A stretch of DNA of 64,000 nucleotides from Paracoccaceae bacterium (GCA_022448925.1 JAKVCP010000001.1:6456-70455), one strand, 5' to 3'. Shown: positions 41,559 through 52,179, counted from the stretch's first letter. Notes: generated by a model from the letters alone, not told the origin. Numbers and translations: made by a program.

Positions 41559-42995
41559 TCAGAGCGCACGCAACCTTGGTTTCTTCCAACCTGCCGCTGG
41601 TGCAATCAGCAAATCGGTGATGGCCCAGACCAGCGCATCAACGCGATCGGGCGAACCCTGGCCCGCGAAACCGCGCAGCGTCATCTGCGTCATTTGCCGC
41701 TCAAGAGCTGATAAGCCACGCACATGTGACACCCGTCCCTGTTCGTACAGCGCGGCGACCGGTTCAGCCCGCGCCGACTTGGATCGGGTTGCATGTACCT
41801 TGGACAAGGGCACCAAGGGATCCACCTGCCTCAGCACATTTTCAACAAGATCCCCGCCCTGGTTCACCTCGGCAACAAGCCGATCTGCACTCCAACGGTC
41901 CCGTGCCGCGATCGCCGCCTTGGCCCAGCCCAAGGGACCCTGCCCCTGTACAGAGGCATCTTCAAGCACAACAGCGCGCCATCCCTGTGGCGGCCCGCTG
42001 GTGCAGGCGCCAACAACCACGATCCCGCATTCATCCGATGACGTTTTGGCCGAAACTGGTGGATCCACTGCAACAACGATTCGATCAAATTGGGGAATTT
42101 CATTGACGAGGCCCTCATGCAGCCCCCCAAGTGTCCACAGCGCACCTTCATGGTCTTCCAGAAGTTCACCATCCAATTCCTGCCGGCCAAGCCTTGACCC
42201 CGCATAACGTGCCCTGACTTCTTCAAGAAATGTCTCTGCCAAATTCGCGGCATTCGCCTCTGTGGCCGCCCGCGTCACCACCGTAGAGGATGCCGCCAAA
42301 AGCCGCTTTAGAACTTCAGAATTTCGCGGAGTTGTGGTCACACAAGCACGTGGCGCGTCTCCAAGCCTCAGGGAAAACTGCAACATGTCCCAAGCGGCCT
42401 CTCCCTTACGCCACTTACCCAATTCATCCGCCCAGGCAGCATCGAACTGCGGCCCGCGAAGGGCCTCGGGATCATGAGCCGAAAATGCATGCGCCTCGGC
42501 GCCATTCGGCCACGTCAGAACCCGTCTCGTGGCACTCCAGGTGGGCCGCCGATCAGGTGGAGAGCACGCCAACAATCCGCTTTCGCCAAAGACCATAACC
42601 TCGCGCACCTGATCAAGCGTTTCGCCCACCAGCGCCACGCGATGTGCCCGGCCTGCGTCCAGCGGTCGGGACCCCTCAACCATGCTGCGGACCCATTCGG
42701 CCCCGGCACGCGTCTTTCCGGCACCCCGGCCGCCCAGGATAACCCAGCTTCGCCAATCACCCGATGGCGCCAACTGATGATCCAATGCCCAGAACTCAAA
42801 CAGAAAAGGGAGAGCCAAAAGCTCTCCCTCGGTTAGCTCATTTAGGAAGTCGTCCCTCAGGACAGCATCGGCGGATGCGAGCCAAGCGGCACCCGATTTC
42901 AGTTCGGGCGCGATCAAGGTCGAGTCCGTAGTCTCCGACGATGGATTTGTCTTTGCGTTGTGCGGCTGCAAGCTGCACCTCCGTTTCTCGGGCAA
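41559..42995 (-). CDS. GTA g2-like terminase large subunit. The 5' end is uncertain.
   Basis: Walker A-like GGRGAGKT, then the terminase ATPase and nuclease regions. The annotated ATG overlaps g1 by about 158 nt, so the true start is probably further downstream. Confidence 0.75.
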   Translation of the reverse strand: MPEKRRCSLQPHNAKTNPSSETTDSTLIAPELKSGAAWLASADAVLRDDFLNELTEGELLALPFLFEFWALDHQLAPSGDWRSWVILGGRGAGKTRAGAEWVRSMVEGSRPLDAGRAHRVALVGETLDQVREVMVFGESGLLACSPPDRRPTWSATRRVLTWPNGAEAHAFSAHDPEALRGPQFDAAWADELGKWRKGEAAWDMLQFSLRLGDAPRACVTTTPRNSEVLKRLLAASSTVVTRAATEANAANLAETFLEEVRARYAGSRLGRQELDGELLEDHEGALWTLGGLHEGLVNEIPQFDRIVVAVDPPVSAKTSSDECGIVVVGACTSGPPQGWRAVVLEDASVQGQGPLGWAKAAIAARDRWSADRLVAEVNQGGDLVENVLRQVDPLVPLSKVHATRSKSARAEPVAALYEQGRVSHVRGLSALERQMTQMTLRGFAGQGSPDRVDALVWAITDLLIAPAAGWKKPRLRAL

Positions 42996-43179
42996 CCTTC
43001 AGCCAATCGCGCATCTCTTTAAGACGCCCACTCAGGTCGCGTTTGCCAATTTCCTCCCCGGCCCGCACCTGTTGCATCAGGTCTTCAAGTTCTGACGCGA
43101 TGTCCGAGACCTGTTGTGTGCAACTCTCTAGCACCGCGTTCAGCCGCGATGTGCCGTCTTCCGGGGTTATCAGGGTCAT
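42838..43179 (-). CDS. GTA g1-like small protein (small-terminase-like)
   Basis: 113 aa from MTLITPE. First gene of the cluster. Confidence 0.5.
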   Translation of the reverse strand: MTLITPEDGTSRLNAVLESCTQQVSDIASELEDLMQQVRAGEEIGKRDLSGRLKEMRDWLKVARETEVQLAAAQRKDKSIVGDYGLDLDRARTEIGCRLARIRRCCPEGRLPK

Positions 43180-43467
43180 TCCTGCGTTTTGCCTTCTCGC
43201 TTCGACGTCTCGAGCCCGCTCGAAACCGCACAACTACTGCCCTGTCCAAGCCAATGGCATGACAGGATATGTACGGTTCAAGAATGTCCCGAAACGCCTG
43301 AGGTTCTCCGTCCCTCGACCAAAACAAAAACGCTCAAAGCAGAGCTCTCTGCTTTGACCACTCATGCCTTGTCCAGCATGACACAACTCATACGTTAGAT
43401 CGTACGCTCCGTCAAACGCAGACGTTGACCCGCACTGTTAACGGAACAGAAAGACAGCTGTGTGATT

Positions 43468-44622
43468 TTACTGATTCGCCCGCTCTGCCTCAATCACGCG
43501 CCATTTGGCAACATTGGCGTTGTGCTCGGCCAGGGTTGCGGCAAAAGCATGCCCCCCGGTACCGTCCGCAACGAAGAAAACAAACTCCGTTTCATCGGGA
43601 TTCAGAGCTGCCAGAATGCTGGCCCGTCCTGGGTTCGCGATCGGCGTAGAGGGCAGCCCATCGATCACATAGGTGTTCCAGGGCGTCTCACGGCGCAATT
43701 CGCTTTGCCGCAAACCTCGACCAAGAACACCCTCACCACGCGTAATTCCGTAGATCACCGTTGGGTCTGTTTGAAGCCGCATGCCCCGGTTCAGTCGATT
43801 GACAAAAACGCTCGCGACCTGCCCCCGTTCTTCGGGCTGCCCAGTCTCCTTTTCAATGATCGACGCAAGGATCAGGGCCTCTTGGATATTCTCAAGAGGC
43901 AGGTCCGGCATTCGGTTCGTCCAGGCATTGGCCAAAATGATTTGCTGCGCACTCTGCATCCGTGACACCACAGAGGTCACACTGTCCCCTGGCTTTATCT
44001 CATAACTGTCTGGCGCCAGTGTGCCCTCTGCGGGAACCTCATCGATGTCGCCTGTCAAGGCGTCAACCTTCTTTAGTTCTTCGATCACTTGCCAGCTTGT
44101 CACACCCTCAGCCAAGGCAATCCGGTACCGGGTATCCCCCTGTTCGCGGACGCGGGTATAGGCCTCGGGAATGTCATCTGACGACAGATCAAAGGAAATC
44201 CGTTCAACAAATCGTTCTGTCACCGGATCTAGTTCACGCACCTGGACAGTTGCCCGCGTGACACCAATCCGATACACCACCTCGGTCCCGCAGGTGCTAG
44301 CCCCACCTCTGGTTACAATATCAACGATCTCTTGCATCGAAGCGCTTTCAGGCACCAGAAAGCTGCCGGCTTTCAGTTCCTGTGTCTTGTCTGCATAATC
44401 GGCTCCGACGCGGAACAGCATGCCGCTGGTAACAGCGCCCTGCGCCTCCAATTTGTCCGAGACACGACGAAAGTTCGAGCCCCGATCAACCTGCAAACAA
44501 ATCGCTTGTGCCAGAGGACCGGCCCCCGTGTATTGCGACTGAGCCCACAGCAAAACGCCGCCAAGCAGAAAAATTGCCACCACCAGGAATGACAGTGCGT
44601 TCGAGGCGACACTACGCCACAT
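43468..44622 (-). CDS. mltG: Endolytic murein transglycosylase MltG (YceG family)
   Basis: N-terminal TM helix and the YceG-like domain. Its start codon shares 1 nt with the fabF stop. Confidence 0.85.
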   Translation of the reverse strand: MWRSVASNALSFLVVAIFLLGGVLLWAQSQYTGAGPLAQAICLQVDRGSNFRRVSDKLEAQGAVTSGMLFRVGADYADKTQELKAGSFLVPESASMQEIVDIVTRGGASTCGTEVVYRIGVTRATVQVRELDPVTERFVERISFDLSSDDIPEAYTRVREQGDTRYRIALAEGVTSWQVIEELKKVDALTGDIDEVPAEGTLAPDSYEIKPGDSVTSVVSRMQSAQQIILANAWTNRMPDLPLENIQEALILASIIEKETGQPEERGQVASVFVNRLNRGMRLQTDPTVIYGITRGEGVLGRGLRQSELRRETPWNTYVIDGLPSTPIANPGRASILAALNPDETEFVFFVADGTGGHAFAATLAEHNANVAKWRVIEAERANQ

Positions 44623-45881
44623 CAGCCAACCTTTCCAAAGATCACACTTGCATTGGTCCCGCCAAATCCAAACGAGTTCGACAAGGCGTAGTTTATCTCA
44701 CGCTCGCGCTTTGCATTCGGCGCAAGGTCCAGCGCCGTTTCGACAGCGGGATTTTCAAGGTTGATTGTAGGTGGCGCCACCTGATCCCGGATGGCGAGAA
44801 TCGAGAAAATCGCCTCAATCGCACCTGCAGCGCCCAGCAGATGGCCCGTTGCAGATTTGGTCGACGACATCGTAACAGTGCTGGCCGCGTCACCAAGCAT
44901 TCTTTCGACGGCAGCCAACTCAATCGTGTCAGCCATTGTGGAGGTGCCATGGGCGTTGATGTAATCGAGCTGACCCGGTTCAATTCCCGCGCGGGACAGC
45001 GCAGCGCGCATTGAACGCTCAGCCCCGTCGCCATTTTCAGCCGGAGCCGTGATATGATAGGCATCGCCAGACAGGCCGTAGCCTATGACCTCGGCATAAA
45101 TCTTGGCCCCACGCGCCACTGCGTGGTCATACTCTTCCAGCACGACGATCCCGGCGCCTTCGCCCATCACAAAGCCATCACGGTCTTCGTCATAGGGGCG
45201 GCTTGCCTTTTTCGGTTCGTCGCTACGTTTGGTTGAAAGCGCCTTGCATGCATTAAAGCCTGCAATCCCAATCTCACAGATCGATCCTTCAGCGCCGCCG
45301 GCAACCATCACGTCTGCATCGCCCAACGCGATCAAACGCGCAGCGTCACCAATGGCGTGCGCACCAGTCGAGCACGCCGTGACGACAGCGTGGTTCGGGC
45401 CTTTGAACCCGTATTTGATGCTGACCTGTCCAGATATCAGGTTGATCAAAGCCCCGGGAATAAAGAAAGGTGAAACCCGGCGCGGGCCCTTTTCCTTGAT
45501 CAGAACCGCCGTATCGGCAATCGATCCCAGCCCTCCAATGCCAGACCCGATCATTACACCTGTGCGCAAAAGACTGTCTTCATCCTCGGGCATCCAGCCA
45601 GCATCCTTGACGGCCTGTTCAGCCGCGGCAACGCCGAAAAGAATAAATTCATCGACTTTGCGGCGATCCTTGGCAGGCATCCAGTCATCGGGGTTGAACG
45701 TCCCATCCGTGCCGTCGCCCAAAGGCACCTCGCAGGCATAGTCCGTGCCCAAATGACTTGCGTCAAACTTTGTGATTGTGCCAGCACCGGACTGACCCTC
45801 CAGCAAACGGGACCACGTCTCTTCGACCCCGCAGGCCAAAGGTGTCACAAGCCCCAATCCAGTTACGACGACGCGACGCAT
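44622..45881 (-). CDS. fabF: 3-oxoacyl-[ACP] synthase II
   Basis: KAS II Cys-His-His pattern (ACSTGAH ... HGTST ... GHLLGAAG). Start at MRRVVVTGLG with the RBS GAGGAAGGG. Confidence 0.9.
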   Translation of the reverse strand: MRRVVVTGLGLVTPLACGVEETWSRLLEGQSGAGTITKFDASHLGTDYACEVPLGDGTDGTFNPDDWMPAKDRRKVDEFILFGVAAAEQAVKDAGWMPEDEDSLLRTGVMIGSGIGGLGSIADTAVLIKEKGPRRVSPFFIPGALINLISGQVSIKYGFKGPNHAVVTACSTGAHAIGDAARLIALGDADVMVAGGAEGSICEIGIAGFNACKALSTKRSDEPKKASRPYDEDRDGFVMGEGAGIVVLEEYDHAVARGAKIYAEVIGYGLSGDAYHITAPAENGDGAERSMRAALSRAGIEPGQLDYINAHGTSTMADTIELAAVERMLGDAASTVTMSSTKSATGHLLGAAGAIEAIFSILAIRDQVAPPTINLENPAVETALDLAPNAKREREINYALSNSFGFGGTNASVIFGKVG

Positions 45882-46620
45882 GGTTCTGCCCTTCCTCACT
45901 TTGTCTTTGCCTGCACATACCCCGCCAAAGGCAATAGGAGCAAGAGCGGCAAAGCCGCCAAAACGGGTCTTGATCGATCTGCACCCACAATTTTGGGCAA
46001 AATACCGCACGAGTGACCTCAACGATCCGCCGTTTGTGCCGGTCAAAGCCCTTCATCGATCAGAGTGACTGACGGATTGAGTGACGTGAAATTCAGAGCA
46101 GCGCCGCAAGGACAGCCGTGGTCGAGGTTTGAAAAATGCTCAGCCCCTTGTTTTGCTTGCAGTATGCAACAGAGGTCTTCGTGACTTGGCCGGCCGCTTC
46201 AACCATCGACAAAGGCATTGCATGCGTGCCCCTGTCTTCAAGCATATGTGTCACCAGACCCAGTCACGAAAAACCCATATCGCGCATGCAGCATGAACCA
46301 AAGTGTCAGATGCTGTGCCCTATGCATTTGGATGACCAAGGACTGCATCTCCCGTTCAGCGAGCGTCAGCGCCCGGTCAGCGTCATTAAGAGGTTCTTGC
46401 ACGCTGCCAAGCAGAACCTGAAAATGCATGTTTCGTTTTGAGGGTAAGCTTGGTGCAGACAAGGTCACACCAATACAAGTTCAAATCCACCAGTGACATG
46501 ACTCGATGTCAGTCACAAAGCTCACCGCGAGATGACAAAACCATGGCCTTCGGGAAAAGAGGGCACAAAAAAACGGCGCTCTTAACGGGCGCCGTTTCCG
46601 AATTCAAAGAACCAGTTGTC

Positions 46621-46854
46621 TTAAGATGCGTCCGAGATGAACTTGACCGCATCGCCAAACGTCTGGATGGTTTCTGCGGCATCGTCAGGGATTTCGATAC
46701 CGAATTCTTCTTCGAACGCCATAACCAGTTCAACGGTATCCAGGCTGTCTGCGCCAAGATCGTCGATGAAGGAAGCTGCCTCGACAACTTTGTCTTCATC
46801 AACACCAAGGTGCTCTACCACAATTTTCTTAACGCGATCTGCGACGTCGCTCAT
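46621..46854 (-). CDS. acpP: Acyl carrier protein
   Basis: 77 aa with the phosphopantetheine-attachment motif [14 protein letters not shown]. Confidence 0.95.
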   Translation of the reverse strand: MSDVADRVKKIVVEHLGVDEDKVVEAASFIDDLGADSLDTVELVMAFEEEFGIEIPDDAAETIQTFGDAVKFISDAS

Positions 46855-47060
46855 AGTTCATCCTCACAGTCTGATCGAACCTTGCGGCCCGGTTTTTGCC
46901 CTAGCCCGGGCGGTGGCATTTGGTGCCCTGGCGGGCGGTTTATCTACCCGCTATGCGGAAACCACAGGACCCGCGCATTCACGCCCCTGTCAAAAGATGC
47001 TGCGCCTATAGCACATGAAACCGGGATGGCAAACGCTTTCCCATACCCAGTGCCAAGGCT

Positions 47061-47798
47061 TTAAATCATGGCCATTCCGCCATTAACATGCAGTGTCGCG
47101 CCCGTCACATACCCAGCCTCTGCACTTGACAGATAAACGACAGCTGCCGCGATTTCGTCTGCATCGCCCATGCGACCGGCTGGAATCTGGCCCATAATGG
47201 AGGTCTTCTGATCATCGTTCAGCTTGTCCGTCATCGCGGTGCTGATGAAACCCGGAGCGATCGCATTCACGGTGATGCCGCGACTTGCCACTTCATATGC
47301 CAAAGATTTTGACATGCCGATCATACCCGCTTTTGCGGCCGCATAATTTCCTTGCCCGGGGTTTCCAGTGGCGCCAACCACAGAACTGATATTCACAATC
47401 CGTCCCCAACGTGCCTTCATCATGCCACGCAACACACCTTTGCACAGCTTGAAAGTTGCGGTCATATTCACGTCGATTACCGACTGCCATTCATCGTCTG
47501 ACATGCGCATGAACAGATTGTCCCGCGTGATGCCAGCGTTGTTGACCAATATGTCCAGGGACCCCATCGCCGCAACAGCCTGCTTGGGCAACGCGTCGAC
47601 AGCTTCGAAATCACCAAGATTGCAGGGCAGGACATGCGCCCGCTCACCCAGATCCGCTGCCAAAGTTTCAAGCGGTTCGGTCCGTGTGCCGCTCAGGCCG
47701 ACCGTGGCACCCGCATCATGAAGGGCCCGGGCAATGGCCCCGCCAATGCCACCCGAAGCGCCAGTTACAAGCGCAGCTTTTCCAGTCAGGTCAAACAT
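47061..47798 (-). CDS. fabG: 3-oxoacyl-[ACP] reductase
   Basis: SDR with TGASGGIG, the NNAG motif and the YAAAKAG catalytic motif. Sits between acpP and fabD. Confidence 0.9.
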   Translation of the reverse strand: MFDLTGKAALVTGASGGIGGAIARALHDAGATVGLSGTRTEPLETLAADLGERAHVLPCNLGDFEAVDALPKQAVAAMGSLDILVNNAGITRDNLFMRMSDDEWQSVIDVNMTATFKLCKGVLRGMMKARWGRIVNISSVVGATGNPGQGNYAAAKAGMIGMSKSLAYEVASRGITVNAIAPGFISTAMTDKLNDDQKTSIMGQIPAGRMGDADEIAAAVVYLSSAEAGYVTGATLHVNGGMAMI

Positions 47799-47845
47799 GT
47801 CAGTCCTCTTGAGTATTCCCGTATCGGTATGAAAGTGCCGTCAGC

Positions 47846-48790
47846 CTAGGCATTGAGATGCGCAGCGACTGCCACCTTCAACCCATCAGGATCAGCGATG
47901 GCGGTTGTGGCGATGCCCCGGTCGATGCGCCGAATCATCCCCGACAAGGCCTTGCCCGCCCCCAATTCCCAGATGCGATCAACACCCTGGCCACCCATCC
48001 AGGCCACAGATTCGCGCCAGCGCACCGATCCCGTGACCTGATCAACAAGCAGTGACCGAATCGTGGCAGGATCCGAAATCGCTTCGGCAACCACGTTCGC
48101 AACCAAAGGCACCTTGGGGCGTTGAATGTCGACCTCTGCCAAAGCAACCGCCATCTGTGCGGCAGCCGGCTCCATCAGGGCGCAATGGAACGGCGCGCTG
48201 ACCGGAAGCAAAACCGCGCGTTTGGCTCCTCGGGTTTTGGCAATATCGACTGCCCGTTCGACTGCGGCCTTGCCCCCAGAAATCACAACCTGCGATGGGT
48301 CATTGTCATTGGCAGCCGCACACACATCCCCCTGCGCTGCCTCTTGGGCAACGTCACGCACCGCGTCAAGGTCAAGTCCCAACACCGCAGCCATCGCGCC
48401 TTCGCCCACTGGCACAGCGGCCTGCATGGCAGTCCCACGCAAGCGCAAAAGACGCGCGCAGTCAGGCAGGCTCAGTGCTCCGGCAGCAGCCAATGCCGAG
48501 TATTCACCCAACGAATGTCCGGCGACATAGGCGGCCGCATCCATGGAAATTCCTTCTGACTGCAAGGCCCGCACAACCGCTATAGACGTCGCCATCAGCG
48601 CCGGTTGCGCGTTTGCTGTCAAAGTCAGGTCTTCGGCCGAGCCTTCCCAGATCAATGCACTCAGCTTTTCGCCGAGCGCCTCATCGACCTCGTCAAACAC
48701 TGCCTGAGCATCCGGATAGGCATCGGCCAATGCCTTGCCCATTCCAATGGTTTGTGCTCCCTGTCCGGGAAAGACAAAAGCTAGGCTCAT
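47846..48790 (-). CDS. fabD: Malonyl CoA-ACP transacylase
   Basis: FPGQGAQ and GHSLGE motifs. Start at MSLAFVFPGQG with the RBS GGAGGG. Confidence 0.9.
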   Translation of the reverse strand: MSLAFVFPGQGAQTIGMGKALADAYPDAQAVFDEVDEALGEKLSALIWEGSAEDLTLTANAQPALMATSIAVVRALQSEGISMDAAAYVAGHSLGEYSALAAAGALSLPDCARLLRLRGTAMQAAVPVGEGAMAAVLGLDLDAVRDVAQEAAQGDVCAAANDNDPSQVVISGGKAAVERAVDIAKTRGAKRAVLLPVSAPFHCALMEPAAAQMAVALAEVDIQRPKVPLVANVVAEAISDPATIRSLLVDQVTGSVRWRESVAWMGGQGVDRIWELGAGKALSGMIRRIDRGIATTAIADPDGLKVAVAAHLNA

Positions 48791-48974
48791 CCCGGGCCCT
48801 CCATCAAGTTTTCCAATTGGCGCATCCGCCTGTCCTGATGCTCTAGCGATACACGCGCCCCGGTGCAACGATCCAAAACCTGAATTCCACAAACACAGAC
48901 AGGTTTCTCTTTGCTCCATAGCGCAACTTAGGTAGCGATATCACAGAGCCCCTGCCCTGCCTGGATCCTGTGCC

Positions 48975-50171
48975 TTGCCCAATTTGAACACCAAAACCGC
49001 TTACGGACGCCTGACACGCGGGTTGCACTGGGTGACCGCTCTGTTGATCCTTGCGAATATCGGGCTCGGTCTTGCGGCGGCCTGGGCCCCGTTTAATTCA
49101 ACCGAAGCGCTGGCTCACAAAACCTGGCTTTTTTCCCTGCACAAGACGATGGGCGTCGCGCTGTTCTTTGTGGCGCTCATCCGGCTGATTGCAGGCTGTC
49201 TGCAAACGCGACCTGACCCTCTTGGCGCGCATCATGACTATGAAATTCTTGCGGCCAAAGCGACCCACTGGATGCTGTACTGCCTTTTGGTCATGATCCC
49301 GCTAAGCGGTTGGATCCACCACGCCGCGGCAGAGGGGTTTGCGCCAATCCTCTGGCCTCTTGGTCAGTCTTTGCCCTTCGTGCCGAAGTCACCGCTTATC
49401 TTCGATCTTGCTGGCGCAGTGCACAACGGCCTCGTCATCGTGCTGATCGGCACCTTGGCCCTGCACGTCGCGGGAACACTGAAACATGCGGTTATTGACC
49501 GGGATGGCACGTTACGGCGCATGGTAACGGGCCACCCATCAGAAACAGGTCCGCCACCGCCGGCGGCGCGCCTGGTGCCCCTTTTGTCAGGCCTTGCGCT
49601 TGTGGCTGCCGTCACCATTTCTGGTTGGGCCATCAGCGAGGCAGAGTCCACACGCAAGGCCCGGATCACCTCAAGTACAGACCAAAGCGCAGCCTGGACC
49701 GTCAGCGAAGGCGTCTTGCAAATCACCATACAGCAGCTTGGAGCGCCGATCACGGGCACGTTTGAGAGCTGGACCGCAGATATCGCGTTCAGCACGCCAT
49801 CAAATGCACGGCCCAACGGCCAAGTCAAAGTAACCATCGACATTTCATCTCTCGAGCTGGGGATCGTATCAGCGCAAGCCATGGGTCCCGATTTCTTTGA
49901 TGCAGAGCGCTTTCCAACAGCAGTTTTCGACGCAAGGATTCGTGCCTCTGACGAAAACTACGTGGCCAATGGCACACTGACGCTCAAAGGCATAACACAT
50001 CCTGTTCGTATGCCATTCCTGATGACGATCGAAGATGGCGTCGCCACAATGACAGCGCGTCACGTTCTGAACCGAACCGATTTTGACATCGGTCGAAGTT
50101 TTTCAGACCAGTCACAACTGGGATTTGACGTGACAGTTGATATCGAACTCAGTGCCCGACGCGCCCCCTAG
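48975..50171 (+). CDS. Cytochrome b561 family protein fused to a C-terminal YceI-like domain
   Basis: N-terminal 4-TM b561 (conserved His positions), then a periplasmic YceI-like beta-barrel domain. Confidence 0.7.
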   Translation: MPNLNTKTAYGRLTRGLHWVTALLILANIGLGLAAAWAPFNSTEALAHKTWLFSLHKTMGVALFFVALIRLIAGCLQTRPDPLGAHHDYEILAAKATHWMLYCLLVMIPLSGWIHHAAAEGFAPILWPLGQSLPFVPKSPLIFDLAGAVHNGLVIVLIGTLALHVAGTLKHAVIDRDGTLRRMVTGHPSETGPPPPAARLVPLLSGLALVAAVTISGWAISEAESTRKARITSSTDQSAAWTVSEGVLQITIQQLGAPITGTFESWTADIAFSTPSNARPNGQVKVTIDISSLELGIVSAQAMGPDFFDAERFPTAVFDARIRASDENYVANGTLTLKGITHPVRMPFLMTIEDGVATMTARHVLNRTDFDIGRSFSDQSQLGFDVTVDIELSARRAP

Positions 50172-50616
50172 TGTCTGGATCCCCCAGTTTCTGGATATAT
50201 TGTGTTTCAGAGCTCTGCGCTGACAGTCTGCACCAGAGTGATGCCTAACGAAAAAAACCTATGGGTCTCAGTGGCCTCGCGGTGCCACATGCCACCAGTC
50301 CTTGAGCCTTCCGAACATGATCTCGATACGATGTCGGCGTGTGGCGCGCCGCGTGTCTTAGTTGACGGGCTTGGAAACTCCATGCGTCCGGACCCGAACC
50401 AAGGTGTTCCGCATCACAACCACGTGCACCAAGCGACGATTGTCGCTTAACAGACTATCGGCTTCCGACCCTATCCTACTCGGCAAGATGTTGGTCTCTG
50501 ATAACGCACATCACCCCCCTACTGATGACATCAGTGGGCGGGCTTCGTTAGAGCACCTCCGCAGGCCAGAGACCTGCCCGTTGACGCGGCATGCGACGCG
50601 CGCCGACCAAAGCTCA

Positions 50617-51216
50617 TCATGGGTCCACTTTCATCGCTTCGACCGAGATCTGCACCTCTACATCGTCGCTGATGAATGGCACGTAGCCCCCCAAGCCGAA
50701 TGCACTGCGTTGCAGGGTTGTGTTGGCATCAAAACCAACCCAATCCTGCCCCGTCAAAGGACTTTTTCCAACCTTGTTCAAACGGGTCTCTAACACGACG
50801 TCCTGAACCACGCCATTCAGCGACAGGCGTCCAGTGATCAGGGCTGTTTGTGCGCCGGTCACCGTTATATCCGTCGAGTCAAATGACACGTCACCATCCG
50901 CATTGTCAGCAAAGAATTGCGGCCCCATGAATGCTTCGAACCGGGCCTCCCAGCCTGTGAACATGGATCGGACCGGAAGCGTCACGCGCACCGAAGACTG
51001 CTCGGGCGTTTCAAGGTCGAAGAGGATTTCACCATCAAACCCCGAGAACAGCCCATAGGTTGTGGAAAACCCAAGGTGGTCATAGCTGAACAAGATCTGG
51101 CTGTGGCTGGGGTCAAGTTGATACCTTTGTGGGTTCGACAGGGCCGGCGCAGCCAGCATCACGGTCAACAACACGGCACGCGCAAGCATGGAAATCATCA
51201 AGTCCCTCCAAATCAC
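50617..51216 (-). CDS. YceI family periplasmic protein
   Basis: Signal peptide plus a YceI-like domain (199 aa). Confidence 0.7.
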   Translation of the reverse strand: MIWRDLMISMLARAVLLTVMLAAPALSNPQRYQLDPSHSQILFSYDHLGFSTTYGLFSGFDGEILFDLETPEQSSVRVTLPVRSMFTGWEARFEAFMGPQFFADNADGDVSFDSTDITVTGAQTALITGRLSLNGVVQDVVLETRLNKVGKSPLTGQDWVGFDANTTLQRSAFGLGGYVPFISDDVEVQISVEAMKVDP

Positions 51217-51805
51217 ATGGGTCTCCGCATGCGGAGACCCAGAAACGCACAGAATCGCTTCGTTATGGTCATGATAGTATGCAACAGGCCTTTTGCGTCC
51301 AAGTGCCCGCGAATGCTCAGCGTCGACGCACCGGCCGGGACGATGTCAGAAAACCCGCACCGCTTAACAACATGAACAGAGAAATACCAAGTTTCATCAG
51401 GTCAAAAGACGGCTCGGACGTCGGGGAAGGCGCAAGCCACAGACCGACGGCGGATACAATCAGAGCAAAACCCGCCATCGCGATGACAAGACGCTTAACA
51501 CTGACTGTGTCTTCGGCCACAAACGGGGCAGCATATGGCGGGTAAATTGTAACGCGTCTCATCACAGATCCCTTTCAGCGAAGATATTTCACTCAGGATT
51601 CACCCAAAAATCGACGAGAATTGGACCGGCTTGCGGTAAGAGCCGGGCTTATCTGTGTTGGACCCTTCCTCTTGCGTCGCGCATTGATCCGTGTATACCG
51701 GCCACGCCTTCTGCGATACGGATGAACCGCGCGGTCTCTCGTGGGCAGGAGCAGGAGGCGTTAACACCTGTCCTTTGAAACGCGCCAGACATGAACGGAG
51801 ACGAC

Positions 51806-52159
51806 ATGCCGCTGTACGAGCATGTATTTATTTCGCGTCAGGACTTGTCCAACGCGCAGGCCGAAGGGCTGATCGAGCACTTTGGCACCGTCCTTGCCGA
51901 CAATGGCGGCAAACTCGTTGACCACGAGTACTGGGGCGTCAAGACCATGGCCTACAAGATCAACAAGAACCGCAAGGGGCACTATGCATTCTTGCGTTCG
52001 GATGCGCCCTCTGGCGCCGTGCAGGAAATGGAACGCCTGATGCGTCTTCATGACGACGTGATGCGGATCTTGACCATCAAGGTCGACGAACACGCTGAAG
52101 GTCCGTCAATCCAGATGCAAAAACGTGACGAACGTGACTCACGTCGCGACCGTCGCTGA
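51806..52159 (+). CDS. rpsF: 30S ribosomal protein S6
   Basis: MPLYEHVFI... S6 N-terminus, followed by S18 and L9. Confidence 0.9.
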   Translation: MPLYEHVFISRQDLSNAQAEGLIEHFGTVLADNGGKLVDHEYWGVKTMAYKINKNRKGHYAFLRSDAPSGAVQEMERLMRLHDDVMRILTIKVDEHAEGPSIQMQKRDERDSRRDRR

Positions 52160-52179
52160 TCCAAGGAAGGAGCTAAACC

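Larger units (their letters stand above)
28961..43233 (-). mobile_element. RcGTA-type gene transfer agent head-tail structural cluster (g1 to g15 plus a coupled small ORF). Phage-derived and domesticated, not an autonomous prophage.
   Basis: HK97-like module in the conserved order terminase, portal, protease, capsid, adaptors, major tail, short tape measure, DUF2460, DUF2163, NlpC/P60, 1300-aa g15. About 14 kb, tightly overlapping genes. No integrase, replication or lysis genes. Housekeeping genes (cysE, mltG/fab) on both flanks. Confidence 0.85.

Noticed and set aside
41559-43233. Apparent 158-nt overlap of the g2 (large terminase) 5' end with g1
   Set aside because: This is more likely an over-extended g2 start call (or a non-ATG internal start) than a real long overlap. 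I could not identify the true start codon by eye, so the track coordinates are kept and the uncertainty is flagged.
43234-43467. Possible CtrA-type half site (TTAAC at about 43437-43441 on the plus strand) in the region upstream of GTA g1
   Set aside because: Only a single half-site is present, with no properly spaced TTAA-N7-TTAAC full site. This is insufficient to call a regulatory element.
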